Part shown: in pieces, positions 39,679-53,477 of the stretch | How positions within the stretch are numbered: position 1 is the first letter of the stretch | Layout of the letters: each line of letters opens with the position of its first letter | NCBI GenBank assembly: GCA_024679065.1 | Contig: JAGIQG010000009.1 | Location: 65,286,001 to 65,350,000, forward strand | Length of the DNA: 64,000 nucleotides | Origin: Sphyrna mokarran | Lineage: Eukaryota | Reading direction: 5' to 3' | The notes under the pieces: generated by a model | Databases searched by the model: none | The model's input: the letters and a program-made list of their open reading frames with translations, nothing else | Told to the model about the DNA's origin: nothing | Program-made: the position numbers and the translations under genes

Positions 39679-40119
39679 TTTGAGTTTGGTACCTACAATT
39701 TAAACTTGTTCCAACAGAATTTGAGTCAACTCATGTCCTTCTGTTTTGTAATATTAAACTAAGTATCTGGAAAGTAGTTTAAGTTTTTTAAATTCATTCA
39801 TGGGCTGGGGTCTTTGCTGGCTGGGCCAATATTTATTGCCCATCCCTGAGGGCATTAAGAGTCAAGCACATTGCTGTGGGACAAGTCACATGTAGGCCAG
39901 AATAGGTAAGGACAGCAGATTTCTTTTCTTAAACGACATCATTGAACCAGTTTTTATGACAGTGGTTCTGTGGTCATTAGACTTTTAATTCCATATTTTT
40001 ATTGAATTCAAATTTCATTATTTGCCATGGTAGGATTTGAAGCCAGATCCCCAGTGCATTACCCTGGATCTTTGGAAACTAATCCAGTGACAATACCAAC
40101 ACACCAATGTCTCCTCCCC

Positions 40120-40900
40120 TTTACAGCCAAACAACATAGGTGACAGATAACATTTGTGCCATACAAGTAACAGTATTTACTTGACTATGACTATCAATGA
40201 CTATCTGCAACAAGAGATAATCTAACCATATTTCCACGACATTCAATGGCATCAATATTACTGGCTCCAACACTCTCAACATCCGAGCTGTTACCATTGA
40301 CTAGACAGTGAACTGGATCAGTCACAAATACTGTGGCTACAACAGCAGGTAAGAGGGAAGGCATTCTGCAACAAGTAACTCAGCTTCTAATACTCTAAAG
40401 CCCATCTCTGTTCTACAAGTCAGGCATGTGATGGAAGACTCTCCATCTGCTTGGATGAATGCAGTTCAAGAAGCTGAAACACCATCCAGGACAAAGCAGC
40501 TGACTTCACTGGAACCATCCACTGCCTTTCCCTACACCACTGATGCACAGCAACAGCAGTATGTACTATCCACAAGATGCAGAGCAGCGACTCACCAAGA
40601 CTCCTTCCAGATCACCTTCCAAACACACAACCTCTACCACCTAAGACAAGGATAGCAGATGCATAGGAACACTACCACCTGCAATTTCCATCCAATTCAC
40701 ACACCATCCTGACTTGGGAACTACATCACCATTCCTTCACTGTTGCTGGATCAAAATCATAGAACTTGCTCCCTAACAGCACTAAGGATGTTCCTAGACT
40801 GCAACGATTCAAGACAACTCAACACCATCTTCTCAAGGGCAATTAAGCACGATCTCCAAATGCTTGCCTAGCCAGCAACACCTGTAGCTCATTAAAAATA
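40120..40900 (+). mobile_element. Old LINE 3' part (same family as 33290-34320)
   Basis: MEDSPSAWMNA peptide; 3'UTR caccatcctgacttgg...aagggcaatta shared with other copies. Confidence 0.7.
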
Positions 40901-42299
40901 GTCCTATGCTGTGGCTGCATGCTGGACACTTTTCTAAGAGATTTGCCTACATGTAAGCCTGACCTTCTTTGGGAGTATCAAGTCTTGTTCTGCTCCACAA
41001 ATTTTAATCCATCGATGCACACTGTTTTATGAACAAGTTTAAGACTAAGTATTTGATTATGATTTTTAACTACTTTCTTCTGCAAGCATGAAGTAAACCA
41101 GTTACCCACAGCAGAGGGACAAGCTTTACAATTAAGCACAATATCCAAACTTAGGAAAATAAAACAAAAAAAATGCTTTGCATTTCAGTAATTTACAAAC
41201 AGGAAGTGGTAGGACACTAAGTGACTAATCTTGTTGTTGATCCCCAAATAGAAAAACTGGTACTTTAGTGATATATAAAGAGTCTGAGGAGAATGAAATG
41301 CCGCTTATAAATATTCTCCATGAGTGACTCAGATGGATTCTCAGAGCATGATAAAACTTTAAGATAACTAATCTGTATCCATCTGTGGACAATATTCAAT
41401 TACTATTAATGCAGTTTATAATTAACACTCAAATTGTTCATGTTACAGTAGATGCAGATTTGATCTTAAAGGCAAAGTGTCTCAAATCAGTTTGAACTGC
41501 TGCTTTAGTTGACATTTATCTCAGACTGCTGAAAGAAATAGAAGCCATGTTGAGTTAACCCTGTGCTCATTTTTTAAATCAGGCATTGGTTCTAATGACG
41601 GTTTTAGCTCAGTTAATAGCATACTGATACGCAAAAGGGTCAAGTCAGAAGCAGGAAATTACTGATGCAGTTATAAGAAGTTGCTATTAACCAAGTAACC
41701 AAGTTCAAGGGGTAGTGTATTTTGCAAACCAATTCCAACTCATCTATTTTTGATGTTGAAACATAAAGTATAAAGAAAAATCCCACCCCTATATGTTTTT
41801 TCAGAGATTCAATTGTCATGGGGCTTTATTTAAAAATCACTTTTGGGCATCTTAAAATCACTTAAGTTTTCTCCATGGGCTCAGGTGCTTTGCCAGTCAT
41901 GTTTTGAACAGGTTTATTTTGATTAAATTGCCCTGAGTCTTGGCAATGTGAAATCAGACATACATAACAGAACCACCAATAAATCACCTGGTGGTTTGTT
42001 TTTCCCTGAACAGAACTTTATGTTGTCAATTATTATTCAGAACATTCGGATAACACAACTTCATGAGGAGTTTTCCCTTTTCCAATTCTAGCAAAAAAAT
42101 CAATGCCCAAGTAATATTTTCAGGCTATAACATGCAACATATTGTGCTAATGGGGAGCATTCAACAGACATTTATTTAGTGGTAATTTTGGCAAAACACA
42201 GTGAATACCCAAATGTTATTTCAATGTCAACAAGTGACTTCATAGTAAAAAAATTGAGTAACAATATTTGTTCAAGCCCTTTGTGATACAGTTTCTTCG

Positions 42300-43030
42300 C
42301 TCGCTCATGTCATCTTCTTTCTAGAAGATTGATTGCTATGGATCTCCACTTGTCTGTCTAGCGCTGCCCTTAATGTTCGACGTAAATCAAAAGCAGCTAA
42401 TCAATTCTGTTGGTCATCCATTTGCTCTTCTGCTTTCCTCTTCTATGTTTCGTACAAATCTTTCTGTCCAATAATTGCCTGTCTACAGTCTGCTTTCAAG
42501 TGACCAAAATATTCTCTCTTTGATGTTATACACTCATTTCCTCTTTTCTCCTGCCACTTCCAGCACTTCCTCATTTCTGTAAGAAATGTGCTAGAGCCTC
42601 CATTATATCCATCAATAACCCCTTTGCATTTTGACCACATGTGCAAAGCATACAACACAAATGACAAGTTGTAGCATCTCAGCATTCCTTTTCCTAAGAT
42701 TGAGGTTTTACCCCTTTCATATCAACATATTCTTCATTCTGTCAAAGCTGACTTTGCTATCTCATAATGACATCTCCCTCGAACCATGATAATCTGCTCA
42801 AAATATGTGAACCTTTTCACTTGCTTCAGGATTGTCCATTTACTTCAATTTTCACTTCGAGGATCAGGTCTTTATTCATCATTGAATATGAAGACTACCA
42901 ATACATTCTTACTCCCTCTTCCAAACTCTTTGCCTTCAATTTGTTCACAATTTCCTGTAGTGTACAGATATTTGTCTGAACCAAAAATATTGTCTATCCC
43001 TCTGCTATCAAAGCAAAGAATTATTATGCA
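42300..43030 (-). mobile_element. Old decayed RTE-type LINE 3' fragment
   Basis: Frameshifted IEVNGQ.LKQVKRFTY, RMLRCY, EYFGHL peptides. Confidence 0.6.
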
Positions 43031-44084
43031 TATATTGTACCTATTTTAATCTATACATACTCATGTTGACAGTTGGCTTTACCCAAAAGAGGAAGTTGAG
43101 TAAACTTTAATCAAACTTTATCTGCTAACATTCCTGTTAAGTACCTTGGAACATTTCTACTGTGTTACAGATGTAACATAAATGCAAATTGGCACTATGT
43201 CCTTCTGCTGTAATTTGCAACAATTCAGAACAGGTTTGTTAAGAGACTGTATGTATCTGGCACAACTGTATTTTTTAAAAAATCTAATGCACAGAGTTTC
43301 AGAAAAATAAACTTGGTGTAAACTCTTCTAACAATACATTCCAACTTCTGCATAGCACATCCAAACCAATCACTAGTATAAAGGCCTTTTATACCAGATG
43401 TTTCTTTTAAAACTAGCCATTTATATTCTGCACACATTGAAACTGGCACTTTTTACAACTCATACGTGAAATAAAAACAGAAAATGCTGGAGGAACTCTA
43501 AGTCTGACAACATCTATGGACAGAGAATACAGTGAACATTTCAAGTCAAAGTCACCCAGATTCAATGTTGGTTCTATGCTCTCTCCACAGATGCTGTCAG
43601 ATCTGCTGAGCTTCTCCAGCATTTTCTATTTTGTTTCAGATTCCAGCATCTGCAGTATTTTGCCATTATCAAGATGTGAAATGTTCATGTTGACAATGAA
43701 TGGTTTTGAAGTCTATCATTAAATCACAAACCCAGTGCAGATATATCATGAATCACATATAACTGTTTTTTTTTTATCAGTTTTAATAATATACTTGAAC
43801 CCCAATCCTAGGGGAACGTTATATACAAACTGTGAAATTCTTTATTTCCTACAGGAGACATTAGTTCTCAGCATTAATTTCATGTTAATTATGGAAGATT
43901 TTTTTTGCTTGAATACATTAAGATCCGGCACTGACTGATCCAAGTATTTAGTTTAGAAACTTTGAGGTCTACAAAACATCTGGCTGACATTCAGTCTAAG
44001 TGTCAAAGATAATTTACTAACTCAGTGCATCACCCCTTCTTTTCTAATTAAAATTAGATTGGATGGCAAAAGTTAAAAAATTTA

Positions 44085-44345
44085 TAAGTTGCAAGTAGGC
44101 TTACATTAACATTGCAATGAAGTTATTGTGAAATTCCCCTAGTCACCACACTCGGGCTCCTGTTTAGGTCAATGCAATTAACCAACATGTCTTTCAGGCT
44201 GTGGGAGGAAACCAGAGCACTCAGGAGGAAACCGATGCAGAAACGTGAAGAAGCTGCAGACTCCACAGAGACAGTGACCCAAGCTAGGACTCGAATCCGG
44301 GTCTCCAGCACTACAAGGTAGCGGTGCTAACTACTGTGCCACAAA
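44085..44345 (-). mobile_element. V-SINE-like tRNA SINE (tail also seen at 1-65 on +)
   Basis: tRNA head, V-domain and gttaatgtaagcctacttg tail. Confidence 0.8.
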
Positions 44346-44503
44346 AACAAGACAACATCTTAACTGTTTTATGATTTGATATACTGCATACAGCATTAGT
44401 ATACTACAGAATTTTATTTACAAGAATATATGCCAAACAAAATTTTGTCTGTTATTTCAAGTGGTACACTGCAACATCAGAAAGGCAGAGTACTATGACC
44501 CAG

Positions 44504-45698
44504 TTTGATTTGATTTATTGTCACACTTATCAACATACAGTGAAAAGTATTGTTTCTTGCGTGCTATACAGACAAAACACACTGTTCATCAGAGAAGGAA
44601 ACAAGAAAATGCACAATGTCATGTTACAGTCATAGGTAGGGTGTAGAGAAAGATCAACTTAACGCAAGGTAAATCCATTCAAAAGTCTGACAGCAGCAGG
44701 GAAGAAACTGTTCTTAGTAGGTTGGTACGTGACCTCTGACTTTTGTATCTTTCTCTGAAGAAAGGAGATGGAAGAGAGAATGTCCGGGATGCGTGGGGTC
44801 CTTAATTATGCTGGCTGCTTTGTCGAGGCAGCGGGAAGTGTAGACAGAGTCAATGGCTGGAAGGCTGGTTTGCATGATGGATTGAGCTACATTCAGGGCC
44901 TTTTGTAGTTCCTTGCAGCTTGGGCAGAGCAGGAGCCATACCAACTTGTGATACAACCAGAAAAAAGTGCTGTGGTGCATCTGTAAAAGTTGGTAAGAGT
45001 CATAGCTGACATGCCAAATCTCTTTAGTCTTCCGAGAAAGTAGAGGTATTGGTGGGCTTTCTTAACTACAATGTCGGCACAGGGGGACCAGGACAGGTTA
45101 TTAGTGATTTGGACACAAAAAAACTTGAAGTTCTCGGCCTTTTCTACTTCATCCTCAATGATGTGGACAGAGGCATGTTCTTCTTTACGCTTCCTGAAGT
45201 TGATGGCAATCTCCTTCGTTTTGTTGACATTGAGGGAGAAATTATTGTTGCTGCACTAGTTCACCAAATTCTCTATCTCATTCCTGTGTCTCGTCATTGT
45301 TTGAGATCTGACCCAGTATGGTGGTGTCATCAGCAAAATTTGAAAATCAAATTGGAGAGCAATTTGGCCACTCAGTTATAGGTGTATAAAGACTATAATA
45401 GGGGGCTGAGAATGCAGCTTTGTGGGGCACTGGTGTCAAGGCTAATCGTGGTGGCGCTGGTGTTGTGTTTATCCTTACTGATTGTAGTCAGTTAGGAAGT
45501 TGAGGATCCCGTCACAGAGAGTCCATGGAGTTCGGAGATGAGTTTCATGGGAATAATAGTGTTGGAGGCTGAGCTGTAATCAATAAATAAAAGTCTGATA
45601 TAGGTGTCCTTGTTATCTAGGTGTTTCAGGGTTGAGAGCAGGGCCAGGGAAATGGTGTCTGCTGTGCACCTGTTGCGGCGGTAGGCAACTGGATCCAG
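44504..45698 (-). mobile_element. Rex1/Babar-type LINE 3' fragment
   Basis: HLDNKDTYIRLLFIDYSSASNTIIP and KAASIIKDPTHPGHSLF peptides; (AATCA)n tail. Confidence 0.88.
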
Positions 45699-46735
45699 TT
45701 TACTATGTTGCAAAAAAATATATGAACGTACGTACAACTTCCAAAAAAACTCAGTCATTATTTTCCAGGGTGTTTTAGTGATATTTCACAATCTAACAAT
45801 TGTTTTATTTTGAAAAAAAAAGCGAAAAGTTTTCAACTAGCCATCTGATTTCTGAAATGAAGCTATCTGTAGATATACAAGGACGGCCTCCAGATTGCCT
45901 ACATAAGTCACTACATTTGAAAAAAAAATGTTTCAATGCAATAAAAATAATTAAACATTAGATACCAGACCCCAAGGAACTATAACTGAACTTGCGAATA
46001 CTCAGCTGCAGGGGGTTTGATGAATTCTGCTATGATTTCATCTCCAGGTTATAATATATTAATCACTGCAATGTTACAAATTCAAAGATGTTTAGTAAAA
46101 TTAGCATTGGTCTTAGATTCTGTGGTCAAAATTCACTAAGAGTTAAAATAGATTACATGGCCAGTATGACAAGATTTTTAAACCTTTCAAAGAATCAGCA
46201 CTTTAGACAAAGAAAATAAGTATATTGAAAGAATAAGTCTTGAGTGACGGGATGGAAAGATTTAAATCTAAAATGCTCAAGTCCTTTCTTTGATACAGTG
46301 CATTTAAATTTTACATCATAAATAATTTTCCAATAAAGGCCTCCAATGTACTGATCAGTTTAATGAAAGCAAAAGTTTTTCATCAACTGATGTTCACAGA
46401 TCTCATCCACTCTCGTCATCAAAAACCATCATTCCACCATATTGACAATTCAAGAACTCTCATATAACTCGGGTTTTACAATGAAGCTCTAACAAACCCA
46501 TACTAAAACACAGATTCACACTCAAACTACTGTGGAAATATTCAGCTAAAGGGGGTTTAATGCGCAGAGAGAGGCCGTTCAGCCCATTGAGTCTACACCG
46601 ATCACAATCCCACCCATGCTCTGCTCCCATATTTCTACATATTTTCCTCACTAATCCCTCTAACCTACACATCTCAGGACACTAAGAGGCAATTTTAGCA
46701 TGACTAATCAACCTAACCCACACATTTCTGGACTA

Positions 46736-47461
46736 TAGGAGTATAATATCAAAGGTAGGAGTCTTGGCAGTGTTGAGGAGCAGAAGGATCTTGCGATGTG
46801 GGTCCATAGGACTCTTAAATCGGCCCCACAGGTGGAGGATGTGGTCAAGAAGGCATATGGTGTACTGAGCTTCGTTAATCAAGGGATTGAGTTTAGGAGT
46901 CGGGAGGTAATGCTGCAACTTTATAAGACCCTTGTCAGACACCACTTGGATACTGTGTGCAGTTCTGGTCACCTCATTACAGGAAGGATGTGGAAGCTAT
47001 TGACAGGGTGCAGGGGAGATTTACAAAGATGTTGCCTGGATTGGGAGGTATGCCTAATAAAGATAGGTTGAGGGAGCTAGGTCTCTTTTCCCTGGAGAAA
47101 AGGAGGTTGACAGGCAACCTGATAGAGGTTTAAAAGATGTTACGAGGTATAGATAGGGTGGATTCTCAGAGACTATTTCCCAGGGCTGAAATGGTCACTA
47201 CGAGAGGACACAGGTTTAAGGGGCTGGGCAGCAAGTACAGAGAAGATGTCAGAGGTAAGTTTTTCATTCAGAGGATGGTGAGTGAATGGAATCAGCTACT
47301 GTCGGTGGTGGTGGAGGCAAACTCGCTGGGGTCTTTTAAAAGACTTCTCGATGAGTGCATGGGATTAAATGGGATTGGGAGTTACAGATAGTTCTATGGC
47401 CTAGTAGGTATAGGTATGATCTTGTGGGCCAAAGGGCCTGTTTGTGCTGTAGCGTTCTATG
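46736..47461 (+). mobile_element. CR1 3' fragment (same subfamily as 13929-14990) inserted into a - strand V-SINE (about 46560-47587)
   Basis: ORFs 46796..47071 and 47137..47391; SINE halves on both flanks. Confidence 0.9.
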
Positions 47462-48699
47462 AAACCGGAGGAAACCACACAGACACAGGGAGAATGTGAA
47501 AACGCCACACAGACTCAAGTCACGAATCGAGCCCAGGTCCCTGGAGCTGTGAAGCAGCAGTGCTCACCACTATGCTACCATGTCATCCATACTACACAGA
47601 TCTGTTGCTTCTTTTGCAATTCTTAACACATCACTGTCAATCAATGTCAAAGCAAGCATCCCAAGAAGGTTTCAAAGCTTTCAAAGCAGCAGGGAGCTTG
47701 TCAGCGTTAGGTGTTACTTTTGTATGTAACTAAAATTTCAGCCATTGTCCTACAAATACTCAGGTCTGTTATCAATACTACTGGGTGATTTTAGTAATTC
47801 TACGTTAAATAAATTTCCTCAGGTTAGCTTGGAAGCTGTTTGTATTTTCTTTGAACGTGAATCATTCAGCTAACCAAAGCGTCATCTCGTTTCAAAATAT
47901 CTCAGGAGCACTTGGTGTAATTAGCCTTCAGTGGAGTTACTATTATGCAACCAATTGCATGCCAGTCAATAGTATTGGCTAAAACAGGACAAGCGCATTG
48001 TTCTTCCAATAATGTCAGCGGGTCCTTAAAATGAAATAGTCACCGGAAGCAGCAGACAGTAATTGGGTTTAATATCTCATCCGATCATCGATAGTTTATA
48101 ACAAACGTATTTACAAAGCATTTAATCTCGCGGATTGAAAATCGTTGCAATAGGAAACTCGGTCACAATATCTCAATACAAAATTTGAGAAAGAATCTGC
48201 GTGTTTATTTTTAAAAGACTCCAGTCAACAGGGGCCATGCAAGCAACTCGAGAAAAAAAATGCAAAAAAAGTCAAGAAAAGTTTGTGCAAATCTATCTAT
48301 CCGCAGACTTTTTTAAAAAACAGGTAAGTGATCAACTTCAGCCAATACTTGTCGATTGCAAGGAGTGATACAAGTGTGTCTGTTTCCCTCAAAACACTGT
48401 CCAGCGTATTAAACAAACACAACCTCTCCCTCATTTTTGTTTGGCTAAACAACCAAAGTAATTGACTTGTTTGGTAACATTACGGGTGAAACTGGCACCA
48501 GCATCCACGATCCGCTCGCAGTTCGGACGGGGAAAACAGCAGCAGCATCCTGCACATGCTGCTCAAACTCCACTCAACTCCGTATTCCGAGCTCTCCCCC
48601 CCCCCCCCCCCGACATTATTAGACTAACCAACCACCCCCCTCCCCCTCCTCCTTCAAACAAAAAAAAACAAATAAAATCAACCTCGTGGACACCACTCA

Positions 48700-49220
<521 letters not shown>

Positions 49221-49399
49221 CCTTGCACAGACTTCAACAGGTCCCAGTGGCTGCAAAATCCTTCCTCGCCCAGACACACGCACAAACTCTGGCTTTCCCA
49301 GCTTCTCTGAATTCCACGGGCTCCTTGTGGCACTATCATTGAGTTGACTTTACATTTCTCCTCATTTCTTTAAAATCCCTCCACGTTCTCACCTCATTG

Positions 49400-52170
49400 G
49401 ACATGACTGGCCTCTTCCAGCCACATTGCCACTAGCAATAAACTTTGACAAAGGATCATCTGGACTCGAAACGTCAGTTCTTTCTTTTTTCTTACAGATG
49501 CTGCCAGACCTTGCTGAGATTTTCCAGCATTTTCTCTTTTGCATTGCCTTTACTTTCCTTAACGCTGTTTCTGTTTTCACTTGACCCCATTTTCTGCCAT
49601 CCTGACACGATGACTATTCATATTTGGTTTGGTTTATATGTTGGTATACAAGGGGAAGTGATGACTTAGTGGTATTATCGCCAGACTATTAATCCAGAAA
49701 CTCAGCTAATGCTCTGAGGACCTAGGTTTGAATCCTGTCACAGCAGATGGTGAGCTTCGAATTCAATACAGAAAATTGAGAATCAAGAATCTACTGATGA
49801 CTGTTGTTGATTGTTAGAAAACCCGATCTAGTTCACTAGGGAAAGAATTCTGTTATCCTTACTTGGTCTAGCCTACACGTGGCTCCAGAACTACACAATG
49901 TGGTTGACTCTCAACTGCTCTCCAAGGGCAACTATGGATGGACAATAAATGTTGGCCAACCAGTGATAGCCGTGTCCCGCAAATGAAATTTTAAAAATAC
50001 AGTGAAAAAAATTATTTAGCCATTGGGCTGCTTCTACTGTCTATCTCCTTGCAATTGTTTCACTTCCCATCTGCAATAACCTCAACAAAACTATTCTACT
50101 GAGCTACATGTATCTTTGGTCTTCCTCTGATCATTTCACCTTCCTTTTCAGTTTCCAAACTTGCTGCACTTTGCTCTCTTAGGTCCAACCCTGACCTTGT
50201 CATCAAACCAGCCAACAAGGATTGTCGTCTGCATAAGGACCTTTACTTCACAGAGGCTGAGCACCAATTCTCAAGACACTTCCCCCTATTGCCCCCTGGA
50301 TAACAACCACAGAACATTGAGCCACTATTAGATGACCTCTAGAGATTGGCCCTCCACAGCTTCCAATCACATAGCCTCATAACTCCAGACAGTTTGCTTC
50401 TACTTCCTTCCCAAAATCCACAAACAAGACTGCCCTGGTCGGCCCATTGTGTCAGCCTGTCTTTGCCCCACTGAACTCATTTCCCCATATCTTGATTTCA
50501 TTCCATCTCTTGTCCAGTCCCTTCCCGCCTACCTCTGTGATTCCTCCAATGCCCTACAACATATCAATGATTTCCAGTTCCCTGGCCAAAACTACTTCCT
50601 CTTCATCATGGATGTCCAATTTCTCTACACCTCCATTCCCCACCAGGATGGCCTCAAAGCTCTTCATTTCTTCCTCGAACAGAAGTCTGAACAATCTGCA
50701 TCCACTACCACCCTCCTCCAGCCGGTTGAACTGGTTCTCTCCCTTAAGAATTGTTCCTTTAACTTGTCTCACTTCCTCCAAATAAATGATGTAGCTATGG
50801 GCACCTGCATGTCTGTCTCTTTATGGGTTATGTGGAGCATTCCCAGTTCTAGTCCTACTCCAATCCCCTCCCACAACTCGTTTATTGGTATGTTGATGAC
50901 TATGTTGATGCCACTTCATGCTCTTGTCTGGATCTGGAAAAATTTATCAATTTAGCTTCCAATTTCCATCCCTCTATCACATTCACATGGTCCATCTCTG
51001 ACACTTCCCTTCCTTCCTTGACCTCCCTATCTCCATTTCTGGAGTATCCATTACAAGCCCACTGATTCCACAACTACTTTGACTACAGCTCTCACATCCC
51101 ACATCCTGTATGGAATTCCATTCTCTCAGTTTCTTTGTCTTTGCCGCATCTGTTCTGATGATCCTAATTTCAAAAGAGCACTGTTGATATATCTTTCTTC
51201 TCCCTCAGTCATGGTTTTCCTCCCATTGTGGTTGATAAGGCTCTCAAACACATCCAAATCTTCCCATAAAATAAAGATGCCCCTTTACCTCCACCTTGCT
51301 CACTGTCTCAAGTCCTAAACATCCCTTTCAGGTGAAGCAGCGATACACACGTACCTCCTTCAATCTGGTCTATTGCATTCACTGCTCCCAATGTGGTCTA
51401 CTCTACAGTCGAGAAACCAAACGTAGACTGGACGATCGTTTTGCTGAACAACTTCAGTCTATCCATAAGCAGGATCCTGACTTTCCTGTTGCTTGCCACT
51501 TCAACATGCCACCCTGCTTGCTCCCCTGTCCATAAGTCTGTCTTTGGCCTTTTGCAATGTTCTAAACAAAGCCCAATGCAAAATGGAGGAACAGCATGAC
51601 ATCTTCTGATGGGGAATTTTACAGCTGTCTGGACTGAACATTGAGTTCAATAACTTCAGAGTATGAACTCTTTCTCCTCCCCCTTCACTGCATTTCCATT
51701 TATTTTATTTCATTTTGTTTCATCCTATTCAGCCATTTTATAATCCTTCTTTCTCACCTCCATTTTTCCACTTTCCATTCTGGCTTTCTTTCTTGCATCC
51801 CCTTTAAAACAACTAGCACCTTCCTCAGGCAGTCGTTTAGCAATCTGTACTTCTGTTCTGCCATTCATACATTCTGATCATCTAATGGACACTTGTTAGC
51901 ACCTTCCCAGCCTTCTGTATCATCATTTGCATTCCCTTTGGCCCATTCCACCTTCCTTCCCCTTCCCTCCCCTACCCCCCTTGCTCCCTCATAGTATCTG
52001 CTGATTCTCTTTGCTCTTAGTTCTCATAGAATCTGCTCATTCTCTTTGCTTAGTTCTGACAAAGACTCAAAATGTTGTCTCTATTCTCTCCCTACAGATG
52101 TTGTCAGATCTGCTGAGGTTTTCCAGTATTTTCTGGGGTTTTTTCAGATTCCAGCACCGTGGTATTTTGC
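49400..52170 (+). mobile_element. Decayed Penelope-like retroelement (RT + GIY-YIG endonuclease) with related terminal repeats, interrupted by a SINE at 49651-49995
   Basis: FYFLPKIHKQDCPGRPIVS, MDVQFLYTSIP, VAMGT, and NLVYCIHCSQCGLLYSRETKRRLDDRFAE peptides; direct repeats at about 49441-49545 and 52050-52170. Confidence 0.88.
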
Positions 52171-52544
52171 TCCTACCCTTTTCTCTCTGTTGTGTTCATT
52201 GTTTATTTTCCTCTTTCATGTAAGGCTCAGAGATCTTTTCTTGCATCAGATAGCTATAGAAACGTAAGCTGTTTTTGTGGAATTCAGAGTTGCAAAGTTG
52301 TGGCATTCACATTTTCCATTTCAGGATAATTGTATTCATTGGAAGATGTTTGAATGTAGTCATGAAAAACAGGTGTAGTGAGGTTTTGTTTTAAATTGGT
52401 TTTCAAGACAGCACAGTGGTTAGCACTGCTGTCCCATAGCTCCAAGGACCTAGGTTCAATTTTCAGATCTTTTTTCAACTCCTTCAGGCAATCAAAATTA
52501 GTTCAGCAGGTCACTTTGACCGTAATTATATTGCAGATTAGTTA

Positions 52545-52830
52545 TCATAGAATCCTTTCAGTGCAGAAAGAAGCCATTTGGCCCATCAAGTCTGCATCGA
52601 CCACAATCCCAACCATGCACATTTTCCCTGCTAATCCCCTGATACTAGAGTCAATTTAGCATGGTCAACCAACTTAATCCACACATCTTTGGACTGTGGG
52701 AGGAAACTGGAGCACCCAGAGGAAACCCACACAGGCACAGGAAAAAGTGCAAGCTCCATGCAAACAGTGACCGGAGGCCGGAATTGAAGCTGGGTGTCTG
52801 GCGCTGTGAACCAGCAATGCTACCATGCTG
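52545..52830 (-). mobile_element. HE1/V-SINE-like tRNA SINE
   Basis: tRNA head, V-domain and CR1-like tail (gattctatga). Confidence 0.8.
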
Positions 52831-53087
52831 ACTAAAAGATATTCTTATAGTTTATACTATTTCTATTTACTAAAAGCACTATGGAAGAGAAACCCTTTTC
52901 ATATGTCAATACACCATGGTCCAATCGAGTGATAAAGGTTGAAACTCTTATCCAACTACGTTCTTTATTTCAACCATGCTTCTTGGGGAAATACAAAGTA
53001 GAGAAGAGTAGCTATATATTTTCAATCAGCTGTGCTTGCAGGATAAATTGTATGGAAAGTAGGATCAAAATGAGAACATTACATATT

Positions 53088-53477
53088 CCTGGATTTTTTT
53101 GAGAGTATTCTAGTGCTTCACATTGTTAGTGTACGCTTGACCTGGACCATTTGATGGGCAACACGACAGCTCAGTGATTATTGCTGTGCTGTGCAGATAC
53201 ATGGATTTGGGCCTGTGTCTGTGGGAGTTTGCGCATTCTCCCCGTGCTTGCGTGGGTTTTCTCCGGGTGCTCCGGTTTCCTCCCACATCCCAAAGATGTG
53301 CTCTTAGGCTAATTGGCAAAACAAATTCTCCCTAAATTGTCTCAAATTTGGTCTTTAATCCATAGATCTATAATCGTAGACAGGGATCATGGGTAAAGGT
53401 GGGAACATCGGGGTGGCAGCACGGGCTCGTTGGTCTGAAGGGCCTGTTTCCCGTGCTGTTTTGTTCTTTGTTCTTTG
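53088..53477 (+). mobile_element. 3'-end module of SINE-tailed CR1 (copy D)
   Basis: Closely colinear with 36665-37035, including the (TTCTTTG)n tail. Confidence 0.88.

Noticed and set aside
42443-42685. Apparent zinc-knuckle/gag-like peptides (LRCYN...H, FGHLKADC)
   Set aside because: Adjacent frames match RTE LINE C-terminal motifs; better explained as a decayed RTE.
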